From Sarea resinae (Eukaryota): DNA of 64,000 bases. This document shows, piece after piece, positions 34,955 through 47,061 of this stretch. Position numbers and translations under genes: made by a program. The first letter of the stretch is position 1. The number at the start of each line of letters is the position of its first letter. The notes under the pieces are model-generated. The model had not been told where the DNA came from. It did no database searches and saw only the letters and a list, made by a program, of their open reading frames with translations. The stretch is taken from positions 186,001 to 250,000 of the forward strand of contig JAPEUD010000027.1 of assembly GCA_026026165.1 (NCBI GenBank). Direction: 5' to 3'.

Positions 34955-35432
34955 GCTGCTACTGGAAAACTACGTGACACACCTCTATCTATCGCCCCTG
35001 AAGGAAGCGGATTCCGTCTATATACATGGTCCTCAATCTAGGCGGCATCTGAAAGGTACAATCTAGTATCGCTCCCATTTAATCCACTGCAATGGTCATT
35101 GACAGCTTTTAGTCCATGGTGGCATTTCTCGCCGGAAGTCTAAGCTTGGCAATTGAGGAATAGTCAATTACGCCTCGGCCTATCCGGTCGGTCAAATTCG
35201 AAGTAATGTAGCCACTTCCAGCGTCTCTGGGAGACCATCAATGTATAGAAGCCAAATGGCCAACAGCACGACCAGAAGCATGGCTACAATGATCCTTCGA
35301 ATGGCACAGAACAAAACAGAAGCAATGGTTTGGATGCGAGAACCACGGAACTGTGGGGAAGAACCCTGGAATAGAAGCGTCCTTAATAGAAGTCCTTCAT
35401 GAGATAATATCCAATATTACATGCCGATAAAT

Positions 35433-37017
35433 TCAATCGACCTCATCGCAATCGCTGTCTTCTATGACAATATGTGAGGCCGGCTGAGGCCCTCTTCGAC
35501 GCTTACTGGGTGTGGTTACGGGGGACATTTCGGACGCCGCGCTCGTAACGGATATAGCATCATCGTCATCGTTTTCCCTGTATACCCAATCGTCGTCGTC
35601 TTCCGTGACGCCTTCGGCGTACTTCGCCGCCCGAAGGAATTGGTCTTCAGTCAACTCGCTTAAGCTTATATCCAAGGCATCCTCATCGCCGGAGTCTGTA
35701 TGCTGCGTAACAGACGCTTTCTTCTTCGCTCCGGTCTTGGTTCTTCTTTCTCTTGGCTTCTTCATAATCTTCGCAACTTCCTTTTCTCCTCGTGTCCGAA
35801 GGGCGAGTTCTTTCACAAGATCGGCCCATCTCAATTTTGTTTGACATCCCGGACAATGTCCCTCAGTAGGTACGACGGCCCCTTTGACTTCCTCTTCCTC
35901 GAGAAATCGTGAAGCAAGGCAGGTCAGGTGAGAGGCAGTCCGGCAGTGGTCCTGGGTACAGACGAGCGCGAGGCCACCCTTCGATTCGATGCGGTTGCTG
36001 CAAACTTTGCAGTTCACTCCCTCGCCCTCTGCCAGTAAGGAGAGACTCTTCTCTAGATGCGGCTTTAAACCTCCGTATCCTACGTCAAGACTGCGAAGCA
36101 CCTGCTGTTCTACCGTAGCCTCATCTTGTTTCCCTATTGATTGACTGCTTGGTGGAGCTTCTTGAAAATTTTGGCCATTTTGCGGCTCCTGTCCTAGCTC
36201 TAGAGAAATGGCAATACCTTCCCTGATCTGGCCATCAACCCTCTCACTCCATCTCTCCCACACCCTGAAAACATCCTGTGAGAAGAAACGAACAGCAAGT
36301 GGCCAGCGCGAGAAGGTATGTGCGCGAAGCAGAAGATGAAGATTTCCTAGATGGTCCGTGAGACTGGTGCGTGGTCGAGCAGGTCGCTTCCGCGATCGCC
36401 CGGTCTTCGGGGAGATACGGACGGTCTTCCGCGGTGTCGTGATTCGCTCCTCCGTCGAGATATGCCTTGTCAGATGGGAGTTCTGCCAGGCCCATCTGTC
36501 GATATGTCAGATTTCAATTACGCCGACCAAGAAATTCCCATCATATGGAGCAGTGCTGAAGTGGGGGTTTGCTTGTCGCATGGAGGATGGCAGCTCAAAT
36601 GCAAAACAACGAGTAAACTCAAGCAGAGGAAAATATCATCAAAAGATGCTGAGAGGCACTATCTCTAATCGATGAATGAGGCAGCTCGTTCTTTTCGAGA
36701 AAGCATAAAGCAGGGTAGTCACGTCGGCGGAATGTGCGTAAACAAAAGCAACAACATCAGTGAAAGAAGGCAAGCAATTCAGCTTACTCGAATTGCAGAG
36801 CAGCAACATTGGAGGGAAATCCCGTCACAATGCACGTCATCTCCCAAGGCCGCAGAGTGCTCTTCGACGTTCGGACGGCTCCTCCCTTGGCGAGGCCATT
36901 GTGCTGGTTCAGTCGCCGCACGGGATTTGGCGTTGAGCCGATGTACAAGCTCGAATGGCGCACGGTCGAACGCAGCAGGTAGCAGCAGTAGAAGGCGGGA
37001 ATCGGTTTCACATCCAT
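35433..37017 (-). CDS. SLX1: Structure-specific endonuclease catalytic subunit Slx1 (GIY-YIG + RING-like)
   Basis: [43 protein letters not shown], then C-terminal CKVC..CTQDHC..HLTC..CPGC. One ~290-nt intron. Confidence 0.95.
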
Positions 37018-37579
37018 CTGGTCCGCATGGTCAGCATCACCGTTGAGGATTCACCATCAACGGCCCATGCCAGCTGGATGAGGCCAATGATCAGGTTAAG
37101 AGATTGTGAGGCGTTGTTGTGTTCTGAGGATGAGTACCGTCACGGTCCAGAATCTAAGAAACCAGGTACCATGAATGTAGGAGATACTCGTACCTGAGAG
37201 ATGTTCAGTCGCGAAGGGTGGCCAGAAGTTTGAATACGGAGTACAACGTACTTCAGTACAAAGTACCCTTCCACGCACCTGGACTTAGGTAAGTGTCGGG
37301 TGCCTTATCATTCAAGCCTCTGGCCAGGGACTGTACTCTGTACTCCATACTTCATACTTCAGTCCCGTAGGTAACGAGCCGGATCCATGATGCCGCTTCC
37401 TCCTGCAGGGATCCCGACGAACAACATACAGTACCGTCCCTTCCCTCGACATGCAGTCGGAAACCGGCATTGTCTACGGTCATGTGAGAAGTATGGAACA
37501 TGTCAAGGTGTGATCTCTACGTAAAGCACGACGAAGTTTATGTGCTATCACTACGATCGCGGCATACTTGTGAATCGTC

Positions 37580-37880
37580 CCGAGTCATTGAGTGATTAGA
37601 AGCGTTACACATTCTATATCGTCAATGGAGATACGGGGTCGACAACGAGACGGCCGTCTCCCCGAGGTCCAGTAGTAAGGTATTCAAGGGGGCAGCGATT
37701 TTAGAAGCATGCTCAGCGTAGTTCAGCATGGCAAAAGTATCCGGACGAGCAATCTGCACAACTGCGGAGTTTCCTAACGGGAATTCCATTCGTAGGCAGG
37801 CATTGAAGGCTCCAGAAATCGGCGAAAGGAGCTCCACCTCACTGCAACGCCCATAGGGGATTTGATGATCAAGTGGCCAG
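37580..37880 (-). pseudogene. Possible decayed fragment of an APH/phosphotransferase (kinase-like) gene
   Basis: SGAFNACLRMEFPLGNSAVVQIARP..AMLNYAEHASKIAAP..PYL resembles the fungal APH-family N-lobe. It is followed by a stop and an apparent frameshift; no C-lobe found. Confidence 0.3.
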
Positions 37881-40108
37881 GAGTCATGAATGAGTGTCTC
37901 TCTCAAGATGCTGGGCTAGACAGGCATCGTCAGGGGCTTCACTCTTCTCCCAGGCAACATTGTCGAACGGCATGCGTGCCCGTATGTTGGTTGATAGGCG
38001 GCTGCGATAGAAAGACGCAAGGACTGCAATCGAACGTCAAAGACCGATTATCAAACAGTCGTCGATAGTGGATAGATCATGTGATGGATCAAAAGTACTC
38101 GTAGGCTACACTGTTCCTCCGATTCAATCGACTATTGTCTGTTCATTGCCCCTCTTCTTGGATTCGCCTCTGGCACCACCGGTATTTTGCTTCCTATGCA
38201 TCATGATCACTCGTCGTGCGCGTGCCTCGACCAAGGCAGATGGGCCATCGGGGCCGGCAGGGTGGCACTGCAGGCAAGGGAATCTCTGACCTCGCGAACC
38301 TACTACAACCATTCTCTTTGCTAGAGATGTCTCAGGCGTCAATTGTTTTTCGACTCCTGATTTGACGTCAAAATGAGCGCAGTGGTATGTGAATGTTTAC
38401 CGGCTGTCATTGACTTTTAAGAAGCGCAGTGGAAGATGTCAACATGGAAGGAGCACGGCAGGATTAAACTCGGACAATAATCGACGAAAAGGAGAGCCCA
38501 AAGTTGGTACGGTGCCCATCTGGACCAATTCGATAAAGGCGATCCTTCTCCGGTTTCAGTCGAGCCGGGTCCCTTGGCTGCTGATTGGCCGATCTGGACG
38601 GTGTCCCATCGGAATGCCTTTCAATGCGGCCACGTCAAGGATTGATGGAGGTTTGCCTCGGCGCCCTTTGCCGCACATGGTCGTCGAGATCAAGACAACC
38701 TGCCCTACAGCTGCTTCTGTCTCTCTGATAGAAAATGGATGCCGGGTTCCCTCGAGCCTCTGAGCACTTGCTGAGGTACGAACACCTTGTCCGGTAAGGC
38801 AGCTGGAGGTCAGGCCCAGTGCGCCGACAGATAGGTACCTTCACTGTAGGTAGTGGAGGTACCTAGCCCTACGCCCATAGCGTGGAGGCAGTGGAGTACT
38901 TCATGCCTTACTCTGCGCCGGATAAAGACTACCTTACCTACCTTACTCTACGACAGTAATGGGACCAGGTACCTACAGTAGTAGTACCCAGGTACCTACC
39001 ATATCTAAGGTACCCTACCTTGGTCGAGAGCATTGGAAGGCCGTTGAGGTGTATTGATCCAGTCTGACGGGAAGTACTTTGCCTTGCATGCAGTCACGTA
39101 CGGAGTACTTCAGATCCCTCCCACCGTCTAGTCGTATCTAAAGTCACTCGTAGGTATCTACTCCGGTACTTCAGTAGAGTTGTCGGCAAGTACCTACCCA
39201 TCGCTGCCTCTTGCCTCTTCCCTTCTTCTCGACTCGCTCTCCAGCTGTGCTGAGGTAGGTACCTATCAAATGGATCCTGCTCACCTTGCCGCATTGAACG
39301 TAGCAGGTCGAGGTAGCTTCTTCGGTGAGCTGCCGCATCGCTCTCTATCAACTGGCCTGCTACTGCTGTACTGCTACCACCACTACTACTCAGAGTACTC
39401 ACTCTGTCTTGCCTGGCCTGCCATACTGCGTACGCTTGTTCCCCAGTAAATGGAAAGTCTGCCCTGCCCTTTGCCCATCCCATCCCATCCCATCCCATCC
39501 CATCCATCCCATCCCATACCTGGCCTTGCCATACCTTGCCTTGCCTTAGTATCTGCCCGTTATTCACCAATCCTCAATCCTCTACCAGATACTGCCCCAT
39601 CACTCTCGCTCCCCCCCATCCATCACTGGCCACTGATCTTACCCTGCCTATGAACCTGACCTACCTGACCTTCCTGACCTTCCTTGTGCGAACTTCAGTC
39701 ATTATTGTGCCATTCTCGTCTCCCACACTCGATCGGAATTTCGACAATAATCCCGCCGCGATATCGACCTCTGAGTCGGCCGTCCACTGACCGAGGATAA
39801 CTGAGGATTGACTGGACGTTGCTACTGGAATGTTTTCGGCCTCGTTCGTTGGCGTGCGATGAACAGGCGAGCACTGGGTGCGAGCCATTCACTCACTCAC
39901 TATTCTATTCACCACGCTGTCGGATCAGCCGCATTGTGTATATGTTGCCCGGCCTCGAGCTTCGTCTCCATCCGTCTGCTCTGAACGAATCATACACCGA
40001 TTTACCGAATCTCTTTGAATCTCCTCGACTCGGCGACGCTCTGGGTTGTGGTGGAAGATCCGTCCTCTTTTCTCTCGGCGGCATACGTCCGCACAAATCC
40101 CATCCAAG

Positions 40109-43100
40109 ATGGTCGTCCCTCCTTCCACGGCGGCTTCATCGACCGCGACAACGACCGCCCGAGCTTCGCCCGCACAGGGCGCTTCCTCTGGGGCCCGAGG
40201 CAAGAAGTCAGGGAGCCATACGCCAACCACGAACGGCCATCAGACATCCACCACCAATAATGCTTCCATCCCTCTGAGTGCACGGAAATCGGCGCCGCTA
40301 GAATTGTCAAGCGTTGAACGTAGGGGCCAGCCGCTGACCGGCCGAGAAGTGACGAAAAGGTCCCGCCCGTATGGGCTGCAGGAAGCCCCTACTTATAGGC
40401 CGACTGCCGAAGAATTCAAGGACCCGATGGAATATATGAGAAAGATCGCACCGGAGGGTATTAAATATGGCATTGTCAAAGTCATACCGCCCGAGGGCTG
40501 GGACCCGGACTTTGCTATTGACACAGAGGTGTGTACCATGGAATTCTTCGCGATCGACGTCCTTTGGCCTTCACAAGATGTCCCATTGTGTCACCAGCAA
40601 TTTTCCTAAGTTTAATACATTTCATCACTGACCGACTTTCTCTTAGCAATTTCACTTTCGCACCCGAAGACAAGAGCTTAATTCTGTTGATGGAGGTAAA
40701 TCGAGGGATGGCCATTTTTCGCTATTGAGACATCTACTAAAGTACTGAATAGGCACCCGAACCAATTTGAACTATCTAGATCAACTCGCAAAGTTTCACA
40801 AGCAGCATGGCACGAATCTCAACCGTTTCCCGAGCGTCGACAAGCGGCCACTCGATCTCTATAAATTGAAAAAGGCGGTCGAAACTCGAGGTGGATTCGA
40901 CAAGGTTTGCAAACTGAAAAAGTGGGCAGAGATCGGAAGAGACCTGGGATACAGCGGCAAGATCATGTCGTCACTCTCAACATCGCTCAAGAATTCATAC
41001 CAGAAATGGCTTCATCCGTATGAGGAATATTTGCGAGTCGCGAAACCAGGCGTACAACAGCAGCTCGAGTTCGAGTACGGTGGCCCTTTGACGCCTTCGC
41101 CCGCGAACTCACCCATGAAAAGATCTGTTCAGCACACGCCATCCAGTCTTCGAGGGGAGTCTCCTGCGATGCGTGCCTCTGCCGCACTCAATGCGTCGAT
41201 GAAGGATGTAGATGACGGCGAGAAGAGCACGCCGGTGGCGGAGCCGCCTCAAGCCGTTAGTACGTCGGGGTTCACAGCCGTCAATGCGGGCGGGTTCACG
41301 CCCGTCAATCTCTCACCAGCGTCATTCGCCGCTGTCAATACATCAAACGGGACCAAACGGGAGTCCGAAAATGATCTTACGCCCCCGCGACGGTTGAATG
41401 GGACGCCTTCGAACCTGTCTAAGAGCTCGACCGAGAATCGGCCCGCAGGGACCGCAGGGACGAATTCCGCACCGAAAATGAATGGTCATAATCTCAAGCG
41501 TCAACTCAGTCAGGATAGCCTTGCACGAAATTCGCAAGGGGATAACGAAACTACAAATGGAGACGGTGACAACGGTGGCCGCCGAAGTAAGCGTCTTAAA
41601 AAAGGTACGTCCGCGAAGTCCGGTACCGTTGCAAGCGCGTGTGTCTATCGTATCTATTGAACAGCAGCCGGATCACGCCTTACCAAATGTGGGTGTCAGC
41701 GCTCTCCGGCTAATATTCCTTGCAGAAGCGAGTGCACCCACTGTAATGGGATCGTACATGACCTTTCGTCCAACCACCCTTCGAATCCCGGGCGACAGCT
41801 CAGGAAAGCCCGGAGAGGTAATTGCATTTCTCACCGATGCAAGCAAGAGTTGTCTAACATCATTTTAGAAGTGCGAGACCTGTGGAAAGGGCGACGACCC
41901 CAAGTCGCTTTTATTATGCGATAGCTGCGAGAATGGCTATCATAAGTATTGTTTAGATCCTCCCATCAAGACTGTCCCTGATTACGACTGGCATTGTCCA
42001 AAATGCCTTGTCGGTACTGGCGAATTCGGATTCGAAGAAGGCGGGATTTACTCCTTGAAGCAGTTCCAAGAGAAAGCCCACAACTTCAAAGAAAATTACT
42101 TTCTTCCCAAAATGCCGTTCGATCCTGTATTGAATTGCAAGAGACCGGTCTCCGAAGACGATGTGGAGAGAGAGTTTTGGCGATTGGTGGAGAGTCTCAC
42201 CGAGACAGTCGAGGTGGAGTATGGCGCCGACGTTCATTCGACGACACACGGAAGCGGGTTTCCAACAATTGAGAGGCAGCCTCTGAACGAATACTCCACG
42301 GATCCTTGGAATCTAAACATACTGCCGTTGCACCCCGAATCTCTTTTTCGACATATCAAGTCCGATGTATCCGGCATGACTGTTCCATGGCTATATGTGG
42401 GCATGTGCTTCTCGACATTTTGCTGGCACAACGAAGACCACTACACTTATTCAGCAAATTATCAGCATTTTGGGGCGACAAAAACATGGTACGGGATACC
42501 TGGTGAGGACGCCGAGAAATTTGAGAATGCGATGCGTGAAGCTGTACCCGAGCTTTTCGAAACCCAACCAGATCTTCTATTCCAGCTTGTCACTCTGTTG
42601 CCCCCAGATCAACTCAAGAAAGCAGGCGTCAGGGTATACGCACTTGATCAAAGAGCTGGGCAGTTTGTCATCACTTTCCCACAGGCCTACCATGCCGGCT
42701 TCAACCACGGCTTTAACTTCAACGAGGCTGTGAACTTTGCTCCGCACGATTGGGAGCCTTGGGGAGAGACTGGGGTGGAACGACTACAGTCGTTTCGTCG
42801 ACAGCCGTGTTTCTCGCATGACGAGATGCTACTGACTGCTGCGGCACGGGATACGACAATAAAAACAGCAAAATGGCTCGCTCCGGCCTTGGAGAGGGTC
42901 AGGGATCGCGAGATTTCACAGCGTCAAGAGCTTGCCAAGCGATCAAAGGATGCTGATGAGCAGATTCGCAAAGCTGACGAGCCTGGAGCTCAGTCTGAAA
43001 CACGTCAGCTCGACTTTGAAGTGGACGAACAGGATGTGCCAGAAGACGAATACCAATGCAGCTTTTGCAAGGCATATAGCTATCTCTCACGATTTCAGTG

Positions 43101-45708
43101 CAACAAGACTTCAAAGGTCATGTGTTTGCTGCATGCTGGAAGCTACGAATGCTGCGATTCGAGCGAAGAGCATCGCCTGACCGGGAAAGATCATACTCTT
43201 CGCTACCGTATGACGGACGAAGCTTTGGATAGCATTGTCCAAAAGGTCATAGACCGAGCGAGGGTCCCCGAAGCCTGGACGGAAAAGTTGGAAAAGACAT
43301 TAGAGGACGGGCCAAAGCCGTCGCTGAAGACATTGAGGTCTCTGCTGAGTGAGGGGGAAAGGATTCCGTATGAGTTGCCTCAGCTAGCATCCCTCAAAGC
43401 ATTCGTTGATCGTTGTAATGACTGGGTTGAAGAAGCGACGAACTACATAACTAGGAAGCAGCAAAATCGCCGGAAGAACGAACGCGTCTGGCGGAAAGGC
43501 AGTACTGCGAAATTAGCCGAAATGGAGGAGCGTGACCGCGAACTACGAAAGGTTGAAAACGTACACAAGCTTCTCGCGGCCGCAGATGAGATTGGATTTG
43601 ACTGTCCCGAGATCACGACCCTACGAGAGCGTGCAGAGGCCATCGAGGAATTTCAGCGAAACGCGAAAGCCGCACTGTCAAACCCCACGATACATTCGAC
43701 ACAAGAGTTCGGAGATCTCGCGGAAGAGGGTAAAGGCTTCAACGTTGATATTCCCGAGGTCGAACAGCTCGAGAAGGTCGTCCAGCAGATGAAATGGAAC
43801 GATCAAGCGCGCGAAAGCAAAACCAGGTTTCACAGCTTACAGGAAGTCGGCGACTTGATCACTCAAGCTTCCGAAGTTGGCATTCCTGAGCACAACGAAC
43901 ATCTCATATTCCTCAAAGACCAAAAACAAGCCGGGGAACTTTGGGAGGCAAAGGCCAAGGAGCTCATGGCTGCCGAGATCGTGCACTATCCACAATTGGA
44001 GGCTCTGTCTGGTCAAGCTTCCTCGCTGCCAGTCTCGAGCGAGACACTCGCAGCTGTTGATGCTATCCTGACAAAGCAGAGAGAGGCTCATAAGCAAATC
44101 GTGTCTCTATATGAGCGGAGTAAGGATCCAGATTATCGAAACCGCCCCACGTACAAAGCTGTTAGGGAGGTCATGGAAGCCTTGGCTGAGCTCAACAGCA
44201 AACCGACTGGTACCATCGATCTCGAGAAGGAGCAGAAACGACACGAGGATTGGATGCGAAGAGGCAAAAAGCTCTTTGGTAAAGCCAATGCTCCTCTGCA
44301 TATCTTGAAGATGCACATGCAGGCTGTTGAGAGCCAGAATGAGCAGTGCTTTAGCCTAAACGATCGGCCAAGAACACCGGTTGAGCCCTCGTCTCGAGAG
44401 CACACACCAGATGATTCTCAGACGGTCGATGTTTCTGGTTCGAGCAAGGATGTGTTTTGCATATGTCGCAGACCAGAGGCGGGAATGATGATTGAATGCG
44501 AGCTGTGCCACGAATGGTGAGTCTAGATTCTGTTGTATACGCAAGCTTTGACTAATTTGTTTAGGTATCATGGCAAGTGTTTAAAGATTGCCCGAGGGAA
44601 GGTCAAGGAAGACGACAAATATACGTGTCCGATCTGCGATTGGCGCGTCAAAATTCCTCGAGATGCCGCTCGTCCTAAACTCGAAGATCTTCAGGACTGG
44701 CAAGCTGACATAGCCAATCTACCCTTCCAACCAGACGAAGAAGACGTTCTCGAGAGTATCATCAACACGGCTCAGGAATTCCGTGACTTTATGCGACCGT
44801 ACATTAACCCCATGATGACGACTCCTGAGGAGGTTATGACGCAAAGGTTCTATCTGCGGAAGATTGAAGGCGCTGAGATATTACTTGCCTACGAGACGAA
44901 CTTCTTTCGACAGGAATTACACAAGTGGGCACCCGTGGCTCCCGTGCCTCCGCCGATCCTCGAGCAGTCACGCTCGACGCGCAAGCCTCGACCCACGAAA
45001 CAACAGAAACTGATGGCGCAGCTTGGTATCGATAATCCAGATGATTTACCTCAGCATCTCCGAACGAAACAACACAACTTTGCCAAGCGCAAATCGAGCG
45101 AATCGCACGTCAAGCAACCTCCTCCACTCCAACCTGCACCAGGCCGTTCAGACACCCCTCTTAGTTTACCTCACTCTACTTCTACCGGTAATGCACCTAA
45201 CTCTCTACCTCCGCAAGCAGACCACCCGCCCTTTGCATACGATCCCCACTTCAACATGCCTAGCCCACATAACGATCCCAGCGCTTTTGCGCCAGGCAGT
45301 TCCTTATTCCATCGTTCGCCACCGGGTCTCGGCTCGCCCATCTTTGCTCCCTCTCCCCGCCCTGGCGCTGGCCCAGGTCTTGATCCCTCACTCTTTGGCC
45401 CGCCATCTAGCGGCTACGGCCGGACCGACCACGAACATGTCGACAGTCCCATGGCTCATGCATATGGAAGCAGTCAAGGGAACAGCATGGTTCCAAATAT
45501 CGACTCGATTTTCGCTGAGATGACGAATGAGGATGCGGCGGATGGTTTGGGCTCGAGCCATGCCGGTGATGCACTGGCCATTTCTTCTGGCTCTGTTGAT
45601 GACGAACTCAACGGGGAGGATGGTGCCGGAGATGACCTCCACGACGGGAGTGGAGAGGGGAGTGCCAGTGGAAGCGGAAGGAGCTTGGAGGAGCAATACC
45701 TGAACTGA
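40109..45708 (+). CDS. kdmB: KDM5/JARID1-family H3K4 demethylase (JmjN-ARID-PHD-JmjC-C5HC2-PLU1-PHD), Lid2/KdmB
   Basis: JmjN APTYRPTAEEFKDP..YGIVKVIPP, ARID LDLYKL..KKWAEI, PHD CETC..CDSC..H..C..WHCPKC, JmjC FCWHNED..AYHAGFN (intact HxE..H) and a second PHD. Five introns. Confidence 0.95.
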
Positions 45709-46073
45709 TTTGCCGGCTATGGTGGTGGTATACGACGGCGACCACTAGCGTGGCCCGTATTCCATTCAATTTCTTTCTTTTGTCTCCCCCCTCTTTCTCT
45801 TCCTTTGGGGGAGTCAATCACCGGGCATCTTTACGGCGTTCGAATTCGAGGGTCCTGCGGCCTCGGAGAGGTCTTTGGGGCCGGGGTTTGGGGTCGGCCG
45901 GGGTTTCGGGTTCGAGAGTCCTTTGACATTTTCATACTATGGGCTTTTCTTTTCCTGTTCCCTTTATTTTCTCTTCTTTTTCTCCTTCCTCTCTAGGTGT
46001 CAGGTCGGTCCTGTCGGTCGGTTCGTTTCGGTCCGGCCCGGTCGGCTCCGTTGGTCTCGAATTGCATTGGCAT

Positions 46074-46430
46074 GGAACTGAACTGAATTGAATTGAACTG
46101 AAATGAAATGATGTCAAATGGAGTGAAACAGGGGGTTGGAATTGGGGAGTGGGCTGGAATGGGCGGGGTGTCTCGCAGGCTTTGCTCTCTAGCTACCTAG
46201 CTATGTACGATGAAAGGGCTGCAAGTGCAAATGCAAATGCAAATGCAAAATGCACAATGCAAAATGCAAAATGGGAACCGATGAGATGAGATGAGATCAA
46301 ATGAGATCAAACCAAATGGAAATCAAATTAACCAATTTTTTGAGCTGTGTTGAATTTGGAAGGGACTTCAATTTAAGTCATTTTGATTTGATTTGGGTTT
46401 GATTTGATTTGGCTAGATTTGGATTTGGTC
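46074..46430. repeat. Patchwork of short simple repeats: (GAAYT)n, (TGCAAA)n, (GAGAT)n, (GATTT)n
   Basis: Seen directly in the convergent kdmB/MTHFR 3' region. Confidence 0.8.
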
Positions 46431-47061
46431 ATGTTGATTCCTTTTTTCAACACAGACCCCCTGCACTGCCCTGCCCATCACATCCCATGCCATCCATCCA
46501 CCACACATATGAACCACCTATTGCGTAAATGCAGACAGATCTGTGTCATCGAAGAAAACGCCGACGCCCTCGCCGCCCCTCGCCGCCCCTCGCCGCCCCT
46601 CGCCACCGCTGTCGCTACCGCTATAGATAGATTGAGCTCTATACGGTAAAGTAAAGTAGGTACCCGCGGTATCCATCTATCCATCCATCTATCTACTAAC
46701 CTAGCCAGCCTTGTTGGACAGACCTAACGAGTTAAACAAACAAAGACCCCCTAGTGAAGAAGGGAAGGAAGGTAGGAAGAAAAGAGAATGTGGGAGGGGT
46801 GGGGGAGAGAGGGAAGGAAGAGGGAATGTGGAAAAGCCCATGATATGCACGCATGGATGCATGCATGGTATATGGATAGGCCTTTTATTGGCCCCCTTTT
46901 TTTTTTTGGGAGGGGGAGGGGGAATAGGTGGGGAAGGGTTTGGTGGCTGCACCGATCCGAGGACACTGACGACACTGACGACGCTGGCGTTCTTGCGTAC
47001 TGAGATATCGGATGTAGGATAGCAGACATCAGACAAACATCAGCCAGACATCAGACAGACA

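Noticed and set aside
36496..36787. Unusually long SLX1 intron as a possible snoRNA host (contains TGATGA)
   Set aside because: The only downstream CTGA is the branch point itself; no terminal stem or recognisable guide.
38068..40100. Several 60-160-aa ORFs between SLX1 and kdmB
   Set aside because: No conserved motifs or coherent exon chain; they run through microsatellites and the kdmB promoter/5' UTR.
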